A stretch of 64,000 nucleotides of DNA, from assembly GCA_002369415.1 (NCBI GenBank), contig DFEZ01000002.1, positions 30,158 to 94,157 on the forward strand. The letters are read 5' to 3'. A program made the translations under genes and the position numbers. Below the pieces are notes generated by a model. That model saw only the letters and a list, made by a program, of their open reading frames with translations, did no database searches and was not told the DNA's origin. Shown in pieces: positions 27,483-36,536 of the stretch (positions are counted from its first letter, which is position 1; each line of letters opens with the position of its first letter). The DNA comes from Bacillales bacterium UBA3789 (lineage in GTDB: Bacteria > Bacillota_I > Bacilli_A > RF39 > UBA660).

Positions 27483-28343
27483 TTAATCATTATCCTTATT
27501 AATAAAATTTATTACGTGATTAATAAATTCTTTTTTTATTTCTTTGTCTTTTGTACCTAAAAATCCATGAGATGCGAATGTTATTTCTTTTAAATTAATA
27601 TTTTTATTCTTAGAAAAATCTCTGTTTTCATCTATTAATGGATCTACATTTCCACATAATAATAATGTTTTTGGATATTCTCTTTCTTCTTTACTCTTTA
27701 ATTGGAAATATAAGTAATTACTTCTATTTTTTGGATTCTTTAATTTCTTTGTATAATATTCTTTTAAATTACCAATTAATTCAGGATCAAATGTTTTATC
27801 CTTAATACTATTATATTTAGTTTTACCAAAGTATTCTCCGGATAATACTGGATAGAATAATATTTCTTTAGAAATAGTAATACCATCTTTTATCATTTGA
27901 TTATTTATATATAATACAGCTGATCCTCCAGTAGAATCTCCAAATAAAGTAATATTATCTTTATCTATTAATTCTATTAGACCATTATAAATAAATTTAA
28001 ATGTCTTATATATTTCTTTATAAATATCTTCTAAGTAATCTTCCTTTAAATCTTCATAGTCTATTGAAATTACTAAAGTATCTAATTCTTTTGAAAAGTA
28101 ACTTGAAATATCTGAGTATTTTCCATCACATTTAGTTATATTACTATTACCATGAATGAATATTATTACTTTTTCCATATGAGATACTTTCTTTGGATAA
28201 AATATTCTTACTGGGATTAGTTTTTCATCTATTACTATTTTATAATCACTTATATTTTTCTTTGATATAGTTGGATGTAATATCTCTTTTACTGTTCTAA
28301 ATAATTTGTATTTTAATTCATCGTCAAACTCATTATGTCTCAT
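27483..28343 (-). CDS. Alpha/beta-hydrolase fold esterase/lipase.
   Basis: VIIFIHGNSN (oxyanion-hole region). Nucleophile elbow LFGDSTGGS. C-terminal His (ITFASHGF). 286 aa. Confidence 0.65.
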   Translation of the reverse strand: MRHNEFDDELKYKLFRTVKEILHPTISKKNISDYKIVIDEKLIPVRIFYPKKVSHMEKVIIFIHGNSNITKCDGKYSDISSYFSKELDTLVISIDYEDLKEDYLEDIYKEIYKTFKFIYNGLIELIDKDNITLFGDSTGGSAVLYINNQMIKDGITISKEILFYPVLSGEYFGKTKYNSIKDKTFDPELIGNLKEYYTKKLKNPKNRSNYLYFQLKSKEEREYPKTLLLCGNVDPLIDENRDFSKNKNINLKEITFASHGFLGTKDKEIKKEFINHVINFINKDND

Positions 28344-28367
28344 AATATCACCAATCTAATCATAACA

Positions 28368-28398
28368 TAAAAAAAGAACTAAACTAGTTTTAGTTCTC
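28368..28398 (-). terminator. Rho-independent terminator after the first PlsC-family gene.
   Basis: Palindrome GAACTAAACT/AGTTTTAGTTC with a T-run in the minus-strand sense. Confidence 0.45.
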
Positions 28399-28408
28399 TC
28401 ATTTGACA

Positions 28409-29278
28409 TTATTTTTCATTATTTTCTAAAGATTCTTTTAATAATTTCTTAAATGTTTCTCTTAATGCATAATTAGCTTTTTCTAAGTCATCTTGTGGAT
28501 CTAGAGGTTTTCCAATTAATATTTTTAAATCTTTACTTCTAAATTTATAGTGTCCAGTAATAATATATGGAACTATTGGAGAAGATGTTTTTTTAGCCAT
28601 TGAAACTGCTCCAAACTTTAATGGTAAGAAGCTATGTTCATAATAATCTTCCTTAGTAATTCTTCCATTCAAAATAAGATCTTGCAATAAGTCATCTGCT
28701 GTTGTTAGATTATCTAAGAACTCATCTCTTGAGATGGTTTTATCTTTCATTAATTCTTCTAGATAATTAATATGAGTTGTTTTATTCTTTTTAGCTTTCT
28801 TATAGAAGTCTTCAAAAGATATATTTTTATCAACATATTCTTCATATATTTCTTTTGCTCTTTCTTCTTTTAATCCGTTTCTTGTTCCTTCAGGGAATAA
28901 TCCTAGAACTTCTCCTTTTTCTAGTACATCTAGTGCTGCATGCATTGCTTCTTCATCTTTTTTACTTCTATCTACTGGGATACATCCAGCTCCTCTAAAG
29001 AACCATGGGAACTTTCCTTCTTTATATTTTGGATCAAAGTATTCTTTCTTTGCCATATAGTGAATACATCTTTTAGTAGCAATTATTACATTACATTGAT
29101 CCATTATATGGATATGATTTCCTACGATAAGGAATGATCCTTCTGTTGGAATGTTTTCTTTTCCAATTATTGTTGGGCGATACCAAAATTTATATATTAA
29201 TCCTAAGAATCCTCTTCCAAATTTATATATTGGCATCTTTTCATTTGTTTTTTTTGTTTCTTTTAGGTTTTGATCCAT
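28409..29278 (-). CDS. 1-acyl-sn-glycerol-3-phosphate acyltransferase family protein (PlsC-like), copy 1.
   Basis: Acyltransferase motif I LIVGNHIHIMDQCNVI (NHxxxxD). Motif III LFPEGTRNG. 289 aa. Confidence 0.75.
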   Translation of the reverse strand: MDQNLKETKKTNEKMPIYKFGRGFLGLIYKFWYRPTIIGKENIPTEGSFLIVGNHIHIMDQCNVIIATKRCIHYMAKKEYFDPKYKEGKFPWFFRGAGCIPVDRSKKDEEAMHAALDVLEKGEVLGLFPEGTRNGLKEERAKEIYEEYVDKNISFEDFYKKAKKNKTTHINYLEELMKDKTISRDEFLDNLTTADDLLQDLILNGRITKEDYYEHSFLPLKFGAVSMAKKTSSPIVPYIITGHYKFRSKDLKILIGKPLDPQDDLEKANYALRETFKKLLKESLENNEK

Positions 29279-29909
29279 GAAGTCTTCCTCCTCTAATTAA
29301 ATTAGTTTTTACTATATTCATTAATTCTTCATTTGATTTATCTAAATCTTTTCCTACTTTTATTGGTTCATAAAATTCTATTATTTCTCCACCTCTAAAT
29401 AACTTATATTCTCCAGTTATTGTGAATGGTACTATAGGAACATTTGCTTCTTTAGCCATTTTAACTGCTCCTATTTTAAATGGCATTATTACGCCATCTG
29501 TTCTATTAATTGTACCTTCTGGGAATATTCCTATAGTTAGACCTCTTTTTAGTCCTTCTATAGCATTATCTAAGGCTCCATGATCGTGTATTTTTCTATT
29601 TACTGGGATTGCTCCCATACCCCATGTAATTATACTTGCAATACCTTTAAATAATGAATCTTTTGCTAGGAAGTGTACTTGTCTTTTTTTAACAACTGCA
29701 CATATTACTTCTGGATCTACCCATTTAGTATGATTACCTGCAAGTACTACTGCACCTTCTTTTGGAATGTTTTCTATTCCTTTTACCTTAGGTGGGTACA
29801 ACAAATATACTAAAAATATTAATAGTGGTTTTATAAAAGTATAGAACCATCTATCTCCATATTTATATTTTTCTTTCTTTTTATCTGTCATTTTATTCAC
29901 CATTTTCAT
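29241..29909 (-). CDS. 1-acyl-sn-glycerol-3-phosphate acyltransferase family protein (PlsC-like), copy 2.
   Basis: VLAGNHTKWVDPEVIC (NHxxxxD) and IFPEGTINRTDG. 222 aa. Overlaps copy 1 by 38 nt. Confidence 0.75.
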   Translation of the reverse strand: MKMVNKMTDKKKEKYKYGDRWFYTFIKPLLIFLVYLLYPPKVKGIENIPKEGAVVLAGNHTKWVDPEVICAVVKKRQVHFLAKDSLFKGIASIITWGMGAIPVNRKIHDHGALDNAIEGLKRGLTIGIFPEGTINRTDGVIMPFKIGAVKMAKEANVPIVPFTITGEYKLFRGGEIIEFYEPIKVGKDLDKSNEELMNIVKTNLIRGGRLHGSKPKRNKKNK

Positions 29910-29921
29910 TATAATCTAAAA

Positions 29922-30497
29922 TTACTGTTGATTCAATTTAGTTTTTTGATATGCTCCTTTTTCATTTCCTTGATAATAATCTAGTGCTTGTTGCACTCTT
30001 TCTCTTGCATGAACATAATCATATACTACTGTTCCATCTTCTTTCATTACTTTAATAGTTGGTTCAATGCTTGTTACAAATCTTTCATAAAACATTGCTA
30101 CTTCTTCTGGAGTTAAGTTATACATTTGAATGAAACGAATTACTCTATCAGTATTATGTTCATTCATATTTAAAAACATATCTATTAGTTCTTCTCTTGG
30201 GATAACTCTATCAATTCTCATTTTATTAGTTGTATAAATATTTTCATATGTACCTTGTCCACTTACTCCTTCAACAATTTCTCCTAATGCAGTTACTTCT
30301 GCAATAGTTACATTTTCTCTATCAGGAGCAAAGAATATTGTGTCTTCAGGTCTTTTGCAAAACATAAATCCACGTTCATCAACATTAAAAGATAAGTCAC
30401 AATCTTCTATATAAGTTTTTCCTACTTCAAATTGAGCCCCATTTTTATTTCTTAAATCTTTATTAAATGATTTATACCCTTTCAACATAAACACCAC
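29922..30497 (-). CDS. Hypothetical 191-aa soluble protein.
   Basis: ORF only. No motif recognised. Confidence 0.5.
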   Translation of the reverse strand: MVFMLKGYKSFNKDLRNKNGAQFEVGKTYIEDCDLSFNVDERGFMFCKRPEDTIFFAPDRENVTIAEVTALGEIVEGVSGQGTYENIYTTNKMRIDRVIPREELIDMFLNMNEHNTDRVIRFIQMYNLTPEEVAMFYERFVTSIEPTIKVMKEDGTVVYDYVHARERVQQALDYYQGNEKGAYQKTKLNQQ

Positions 30498-30514
30498 CTA
30501 CTATTTATTATATC

Positions 30515-30546
30515 AAAAAACTAAGCTTTTTAAAGCTTAGTTTAAA
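30515..30546. terminator. Terminator at the 3' end of the NAD operon. It overlaps the nadK stop.
   Basis: CTAAGCTTT-TTA-AAGCTTAG palindrome flanked by A/T runs. Confidence 0.5.
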
Positions 30547-31331
30547 AACTTATCATTAATTTTTCTTATAAAGCTATAATTATCTTTTCTAATAAGCTTT
30601 ATTTTTTTATCTTTTATAACTGTATTTATTTCTAATACGTTATCAAATATATAGTTAGTTCCATCTACCATAATTAATATACTATCATCTTTATATGGTT
30701 TAATAGTCACTTTATTATTTGCTGGTAAAATTACTGAATTTGTTAGGCTTCTAGTTACCTTATTATTTTGAGGAGCAATTGGTGTTATTTGTAATGTATC
30801 AAATGTATTATAAACAATACTTCCTCCTAAATTTAAATTATAAGCAGTTGAACCAAAAGATGTAGATACTAAAATACCATCACCTTTAAACTCTTCAAGC
30901 AATTCATCTCCAACATAAATATCTAAATTAATAGTCTTTAGAGAATCATCTCTTATTAGTATTTCATTAATTGATTTTAAATTAAATCTTTCTTCTTTAG
31001 TTACTACTTCTATTTCTTGAATACTTATTTCTTCATATTTAAAGTTTTCATTATTTAAACAATCTATAAATTCATCTATTTCATCAATACTGATATCTTG
31101 AGCAAATCCTAAAGTACCTGAATTTATTCCTACATAATAAACATTACTATCAAAGTCTGTATCAGTAGTCATTCTTAGGAATGTTCCATCTCCTCCAACG
31201 GCTATTCCTAAATCGAAATTATCTTCTACTATTTCGATATTTCTCTTAGATAAAGACTCTTTTAATATGTTTACTACTTCATTTGTTTTTTCTGTATCAT
31301 TTACAAATAATTTAACCTTATTTATTCTCAT
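30537..31331 (-). CDS. nadK: NAD kinase.
   Basis: GGDGTFLRM motif and NE/D-rich C-terminal domain. 264 aa. Confidence 0.85.
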   Translation of the reverse strand: MRINKVKLFVNDTEKTNEVVNILKESLSKRNIEIVEDNFDLGIAVGGDGTFLRMTTDTDFDSNVYYVGINSGTLGFAQDISIDEIDEFIDCLNNENFKYEEISIQEIEVVTKEERFNLKSINEILIRDDSLKTINLDIYVGDELLEEFKGDGILVSTSFGSTAYNLNLGGSIVYNTFDTLQITPIAPQNNKVTRSLTNSVILPANNKVTIKPYKDDSILIMVDGTNYIFDNVLEINTVIKDKKIKLIRKDNYSFIRKINDKFLN

Positions 31332-32158
31332 TTCTTATACCTAAACAAGTATGATGGACGATGTCCTTCTCCTGTTTTCATCCTTTCTGTTTTCTCTACT
31401 TTATTAGAAATCATTCTTCTAAAGGCAGGATCTAATAATTTTTTATTTAATATTACTTCATATACTTGTTGCAACTCACCTAAAGTGAAATAATTTGGCA
31501 TCATGTTAAATACTATATCAGTGTAACTAATTTTATTTCTTATTCTTTCTAATCCAGTTAATATTACTATATCATGATCAAATGCAAGAGATTCATTTTC
31601 TATACTTTGATAATTAAATCTAGTAGTTGTTTTTTCTTTTAATTCTTTCTTCAGCTTTAATGTTACTTTATCATTACCGTTATCTAAAACTATTTTTACA
31701 TTATTATTCCATTCTTTATATTCAACTACATCAAACCATGAAGTGCTTTCTTTTAATTCACTTTTTAATCTATTTTTATCAACTAAAGCAATAAAGGCAG
31801 TTGATACTACTCTCATTCTTGGATCTCTTTTTATAGAATCAAATGTATATAATTGTTCTAAATAGATATCATCTAGATTTGTTTCATCTTTTAATACTCT
31901 TTTTGCACAATCTTCTAGTGTTTCTTTCTTAGGATTCATAAATCCTCCTGGAAGAGACCATTTATCTTTAAATGGATAATTATCTCTTTTAGCAAGTAAA
32001 ATACTCATATGTTTTTTATCAGTTTTACGATAATTATCAGTATCTACTGATGAAACACTTAATATTAATAAATCTGCTGTCATCGATAGTCTTTCAAAAT
32101 CATTTGGATTATAAGCTTCTAAGAATTCTTTTTCTGATTTAAATTCCATATACTTCAC
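31328..32158 (-). CDS. nrtR: Nudix-domain protein, probably the NrtR-type Nudix-related transcriptional regulator of NAD metabolism.
   Basis: Nudix box PGGFMNPKKETLEDCAKRVLKDETNL. The C-terminal ~80 aa (…FTLGELQQVYEVILNKKLLDPAFRRMISNKV…) resembles the NrtR winged-helix domain. Embedded in a pncA-pncB-nadE-nadD-X-nadK operon with 1-4 nt gene overlaps. Confidence 0.6.
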   Translation of the reverse strand: MKYMEFKSEKEFLEAYNPNDFERLSMTADLLILSVSSVDTDNYRKTDKKHMSILLAKRDNYPFKDKWSLPGGFMNPKKETLEDCAKRVLKDETNLDDIYLEQLYTFDSIKRDPRMRVVSTAFIALVDKNRLKSELKESTSWFDVVEYKEWNNNVKIVLDNGNDKVTLKLKKELKEKTTTRFNYQSIENESLAFDHDIVILTGLERIRNKISYTDIVFNMMPNYFTLGELQQVYEVILNKKLLDPAFRRMISNKVEKTERMKTGEGHRPSYLFRYKK

Positions 32159-32704
32159 CTATTCTTCACTATATAATTTATTCTTAATTATATAGTCTTT
32201 TACCTTTTCATCTAAATTATTATAATTACCTTTTCTAATATCTGAAGAGCAAACAGTTATATTTTTAAAGTTATCAATATATATAAAGTCTTTTTCATAT
32301 TCTTGAAGATATTTATTTCTTTCAACTTTATCTCTTCTTAATACTATTACTTTAAACTTTAGTATTGTATTTATATTGTCCCACATGTGGAATTTTTCAA
32401 TATTATCTGAACCAATAATTAGATATAATTCATCATTAGGATACTCTTTTTCTAAACTTAGTAATATTTGATATGTGTACTTATAATGATTATTTTTATC
32501 ATCTATTATTATTTTGTCATTTTCATAAAATTTTAACATTTCAACCCTTTTATTAACATCTAATAAATTATTTTTATGCCAATAGTTTGGCGTTGGTAGC
32601 ATAATCACTTTATCTACATAGTCATTATCTAATAAATAATTAACTACTTTGATATGTCCTTTATGTACTGGATTAAAACTACCTACATATACACCTAATC
32701 TCAT
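32159..32704 (-). CDS. nadD: Nicotinate-nucleotide adenylyltransferase.
   Basis: MRLGVYVGSFNPVHKGH (HxGH nucleotidyltransferase motif). 181 aa. Confidence 0.85.
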   Translation of the reverse strand: MRLGVYVGSFNPVHKGHIKVVNYLLDNDYVDKVIMLPTPNYWHKNNLLDVNKRVEMLKFYENDKIIIDDKNNHYKYTYQILLSLEKEYPNDELYLIIGSDNIEKFHMWDNINTILKFKVIVLRRDKVERNKYLQEYEKDFIYIDNFKNITVCSSDIRKGNYNNLDEKVKDYIIKNKLYSEE

Positions 32705-33450
32705 TTTCTATATGTTGGAATGTTAAATTTATGATGGGCATTTTTATGTAATTTTTCTATTCTTTGTTTTATTTCTTCTTCTAATGGTTCATTATTTATG
32801 TACTTTTCTATATCACTATATTTTACTCCTAATTTGTCTTCATCTGTTTGATTACTTAATCCATCATTTGGTACTTTATATAGTACTTTTTCAGGAACTT
32901 GTAATTCTTCTCCTAATTGGATTACTTCTGATACTGTTAGATCTGATATTACTTTTATATCTGAAACTGAGTCTCCACCTTTTGTGAAGTATCCAACAAA
33001 CTCCTCACATTTATTACCAGTACCTGCGACTATATAAGTCTTTCCTTCTATTGCACTTTCTAAAGCAGCCATATAATAAAGACTCATCATTCTCATTCTT
33101 GGTTTTATATTAATATCACTATTTAATAATTGTTGATCATTAAAGTTACCAATTAACTTAATTTGATCTTTAAATGAATCAAATGAATTTGTTAAATCTA
33201 TATTTACTAGTCTAAATCCATAGAAGTCTGCTACTAGTTTGGCATCTTCTTTGTCTTCTTCATTTGAATGACATGGAAGAGTTACTCCTAAAACATTTTC
33301 TTTTCCTAAGGCTTTAGTAAATAATCCAGCTACTACACCTGAGTCTTTTCCTCCACTGATACCTATTACTACTCCACCTAAGTTGTTTTCTTGATAATAG
33401 TTTCTTATAAAATCTACTATTTTATCTACTTGTTCTTTTCTATTAAACAT
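32701..33450 (-). CDS. nadE: NH3-dependent NAD+ synthetase.
   Basis: PP-loop GISGGKDSGVVAGL. 249 aa. Confidence 0.9.
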   Translation of the reverse strand: MFNRKEQVDKIVDFIRNYYQENNLGGVVIGISGGKDSGVVAGLFTKALGKENVLGVTLPCHSNEEDKEDAKLVADFYGFRLVNIDLTNSFDSFKDQIKLIGNFNDQQLLNSDINIKPRMRMMSLYYMAALESAIEGKTYIVAGTGNKCEEFVGYFTKGGDSVSDIKVISDLTVSEVIQLGEELQVPEKVLYKVPNDGLSNQTDEDKLGVKYSDIEKYINNEPLEEEIKQRIEKLHKNAHHKFNIPTYRK

Positions 33451-33451
33451 A

Positions 33452-34888
33452 TTATTCTCCTTTTACGTTGTTTCTATGTTCATTAATTAGATTATTTTTT
33501 AATTCTCTTAATTTATCACTTAAATCTACATAGTATTCATGTGGCATAGTAAGACGAGTTACTTCTTCATATAAAGTATTAACTTCATTAGTACAATAGT
33601 CTTGTCTTTCTTTTAGAGTTGGTAAATTATAAATTAATATACCATTCTTATAAATTGGAACTAATAGTTCTCTCTTTATATAGTTATCTATATGTTTAGT
33701 TTTCCATGTTTCCTGTGGATGTACTAATGTATATTCTATATCTGATACTTCTTCATCATATAGTGTTATTACATCTCCTAAGGCATAATTAGTTTCTTTA
33801 TCATAGAATCTATATACCTTTTTATATCCTGGATTAGTTGTTTTAATAGTATCATTACTTACTTTTAATTTTGGTATTATTTGATTATCTTTTTCAACAG
33901 CTGCTAGTTTATAAACTCCTCCAACTCTTTCTTTTGAAGCTGCTATATTATCTCCTGCTCCTATTGAGTCTATTACTGCTCCTTGTTCTAGTAAACTATT
34001 AATTGTATGTTCATTTAATCCGTTACTTAAACATATTGTAGCTTCATTGTATCCAGCTTTATCAAGCATTTTTCTTGCTTCTTTTGATAAGTAAGCTAAG
34101 TCTCCTGAATCTATTCTGATTCCTTTAAATTTATAACCATTTGGTTTTAAATATTCATTAGCTACTTTAATTGCATTAGGAATACCGCTTCTTAATGTAT
34201 CGAATGTATCTACTAAGAATACACAATTATTAGGATTAGATTTTGCATATCCTAAGAAAGCATCATATTCACTATCTGCTTCAGTTACTAATGAATGAGC
34301 CATTGTACCTAAAACTGGTATATTATATTTCATTCCTGCATAAGTATTACTTGTTCCACAGCATCCTCCAATATAGGCATTTTTACTTGCTTCTATTGCA
34401 GAATCTATTCCTCTAGCACGTCTTGCTCCAAATTCCATTACTGGGATTTTGCCTGCTTCTTTTGTTATTCTTTTGGCTGCAGTTGCTACTAAACTACCAT
34501 GATTGAAATTAGCAAGTAATGCAGTTTCTAGTAATTGAGCTGTTATAATATCAGCTTTTACTGTTAATACTGGTTCATTTGGGAATACTACTGTTCCATC
34601 CGGTACTGAGTAGATATCTCCTTTAAATGTTAATCCTTTTAAATAATCTAAGAATTCATCTGAAAAAGAATTTAGACTTCTTAAATAATTTATTTCTTGA
34701 TCATTAAATTTAAAATTATTTATATAATTAATTGTTTCTTCTAATCCACAGGCTACTAAATATCCTCCATTAAATGGATTCTCTCTAAAGAAAATATCAA
34801 AATATACAATTTCATCTTTTTTATTTTCATTAAAATAAGTTTGAGCCATTGTTAATTCATAAAAATCTGTCATTAAAGTCTTATTCAT
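33452..34888 (-). CDS. pncB: Nicotinate phosphoribosyltransferase.
   Basis: 478 aa. MTDFYELTMAQTYF N-terminus typical of PncB. …GTMAHS… motif. Confidence 0.9.
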   Translation of the reverse strand: MNKTLMTDFYELTMAQTYFNENKKDEIVYFDIFFRENPFNGGYLVACGLEETINYINNFKFNDQEINYLRSLNSFSDEFLDYLKGLTFKGDIYSVPDGTVVFPNEPVLTVKADIITAQLLETALLANFNHGSLVATAAKRITKEAGKIPVMEFGARRARGIDSAIEASKNAYIGGCCGTSNTYAGMKYNIPVLGTMAHSLVTEADSEYDAFLGYAKSNPNNCVFLVDTFDTLRSGIPNAIKVANEYLKPNGYKFKGIRIDSGDLAYLSKEARKMLDKAGYNEATICLSNGLNEHTINSLLEQGAVIDSIGAGDNIAASKERVGGVYKLAAVEKDNQIIPKLKVSNDTIKTTNPGYKKVYRFYDKETNYALGDVITLYDEEVSDIEYTLVHPQETWKTKHIDNYIKRELLVPIYKNGILIYNLPTLKERQDYCTNEVNTLYEEVTRLTMPHEYYVDLSDKLRELKNNLINEHRNNVKGE

Positions 34889-34889
34889 A

Positions 34890-35486
34890 TTATTCTCCTT
34901 TTTTTACTATATTTATTCCTTGTTGTTTCATTAAAAGTATTGCGGCATCTACATATTCTTTTCTTTCATCTTCTGAATATGTTGCAATAGCATCTTCATG
35001 AACATTAATTATATGTTTTCTATTTTGTTGGTCTAAATAATTAGCTAAGCCAATTGATCCATTAACTACACATATATCTGTACAGCAACCTACAATATCA
35101 AATTCTGTTAATTCTAGTTGTGATTCTATTAATTTTCTAAACTCAGGAGATTCCATAAAACTTGTGGAATTCTTTCTAATACTTATTGTATCTTCATTGT
35201 TTTCAAATTCTTTTAATTCATCAACTAATTCACTTTCAGGAGTGTTTTCTAGACAGTGACTAGTGTTTACAAATCTTTCAAATTCAACTGATTCTTCAGT
35301 ATGAGTATCTTTAATAAATACTATTAATTTTCCTTTAGTTTTAGCTTCTTTAATCAATTCAATTTGTCTTGGAATAATGTCTTTAATTTTTTCATCATGA
35401 AGAACTCCTTCCGTAACAAATCCATTTACCATATCTACTACAATTAAACATTCTTTATACTTTTTTAAGTTACCGATAGTTTCCAT
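34890..35486 (-). CDS. pncA: Nicotinamidase / isochorismatase-family hydrolase.
   Basis: LIVVDMVNGF (Asp), catalytic Cys in GCCTDICV, Lys region. First gene of the NAD salvage operon. 198 aa. Confidence 0.75.
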   Translation of the reverse strand: METIGNLKKYKECLIVVDMVNGFVTEGVLHDEKIKDIIPRQIELIKEAKTKGKLIVFIKDTHTEESVEFERFVNTSHCLENTPESELVDELKEFENNEDTISIRKNSTSFMESPEFRKLIESQLELTEFDIVGCCTDICVVNGSIGLANYLDQQNRKHIINVHEDAIATYSEDERKEYVDAAILLMKQQGINIVKKGE

Positions 35487-35513
35487 TTTTTATCTCCTTT
35501 TTCTTTTATATCC

Positions 35514-35524
35514 TGTTATTAACA
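35514..35524. promoter_or_regulatory. Candidate NrtR operator: palindrome TGTTA-T-TAACA in the pncA promoter region.
   Basis: 5-1-5 inverted repeat located between the putative -10 and the SD of pncA (sense: ...ATATTAATATAATGTTAATAACAGGATATAAAAGAAAAAGGAG...ATG). Confidence 0.25.
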
Positions 35525-35551
35525 TTATATTAATATCAATGAAAATAGTCA

Positions 35552-35584
35552 ATAAAAAAAAGTGATATTTAATATCACTTTTCA
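35552..35584 (-). terminator. Rho-independent terminator after the 283-aa membrane-anchored protein gene.
   Basis: AAGTGATATT-TA-AATATCACTT palindrome plus a T-run in the minus-strand sense. Confidence 0.5.
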
Positions 35585-35601
35585 TTATTTTACTTTTCTA
35601 A

Positions 35602-36453
35602 TTAATAACCTTTTTGATAATTACTTGAATAAGTACCATATGTAGATTCAACAGTTCCATAATTATCTCTAAGTACACCGTAAATTGTTTCATCATCTAT
35701 TAAGTATTCTTGTCTTTCTGTTTTTAATCCACCATTGATATCTAATACTTTAGTATCAATATAATGATACTTTCTATTTGGATCTAATAATGAATATTCT
35801 GCATCAAAGTTTTCTGGTGTTGATGTAAAATTACTTACAAATTCTGGGTCAAACTCTAATGCTTCAAATAATCCTTCTCTATTTACAGTTCTTCTTGATT
35901 CTATCGTTGTTTCATCACCAATAAAGAATACCATGTTAGTTCCATAAGTATCATATAAATTATCATCATTTACAATGTCTACTCTAGTTCCATTTACGAT
36001 ATCATAACCACTTCTGTAGATTACTTTTCCATCTACTATAAAATCATTGTAGTTATATAATTCTGAATTAGTTACATTACTCCAACCAACTCTATTTCTT
36101 ACTAAGTAGATTCCAGCATCTTCCATTTCAATACTGTTTGCTCCTGTTGCTTGTGATAATAAGCTTATAAATTCACTTTTTGTATAAGATGAATCCGAAA
36201 AGGTTTCTACTTCATCAGCAACTGTAGTTGTTGTAGCTTCTTCAGTTGTTGTTTCAGTTGTTTCAGTTGTTTCTGGTTGAATTACTGTAGTTTCTTCTGT
36301 TTTTTCTTTCTCTGGTTCTTCAGTTGATGTTTGTGTAGTATGTTCTCTATCTGGTCTAGTAAAATATCCATTATTAATAGAGCCAATAACTGATCCTACT
36401 AAAACACATCCTGCAACTATTATAGCAACTCCTGTTCCTCTTAATTTTGACAT
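35602..36453 (-). CDS. Membrane-anchored extracellular protein with a Thr/Glu-rich linker.
   Basis: N-terminal TM anchor (VAIIVAGCVLVGSVIGSI), then TEEPEKEKTEETTVIQPETTETTETTTEEATTTT, then a ~190-aa C-terminal domain. Driven by the strong cassette promoter. Confidence 0.55.
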   Translation of the reverse strand: MSKLRGTGVAIIVAGCVLVGSVIGSINNGYFTRPDREHTTQTSTEEPEKEKTEETTVIQPETTETTETTTEEATTTTVADEVETFSDSSYTKSEFISLLSQATGANSIEMEDAGIYLVRNRVGWSNVTNSELYNYNDFIVDGKVIYRSGYDIVNGTRVDIVNDDNLYDTYGTNMVFFIGDETTIESRRTVNREGLFEALEFDPEFVSNFTSTPENFDAEYSLLDPNRKYHYIDTKVLDINGGLKTERQEYLIDDETIYGVLRDNYGTVESTYGTYSSNYQKGY

Positions 36454-36480
36454 TCAATATTCCCCCTCAATGTTTCACAT

Positions 36481-36512
36481 ATTATACCACAATATCTTTA
36501 TTTTTTCAAGTA
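36481..36512 (-). promoter_or_regulatory. Strong promoter: -35 TTGAAA (rc of 36504-36509), 17-nt spacer, extended -10 TGGTATAAT (rc of 36481-36489).
   Basis: rc reads ACTTGAAAAAATAAAGATATTGTGGTATAATATGTGAAACATTGAGGGGGAATATTGAATG. Near-identical in architecture to the promoter at 62635-62663. Confidence 0.5.
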
Positions 36513-36536
36513 AAAAGTCTTATTGCTAAGACTTTA
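36508..36536 (-). terminator. Rho-independent terminator of the YitT-family gene. It abuts the promoter above, forming a terminator-promoter cassette.
   Basis: AAAGTCTTA-GCA-ATAAGACTTT hairpin whose T-run continues into the -35 TTGAAA. Confidence 0.5.
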
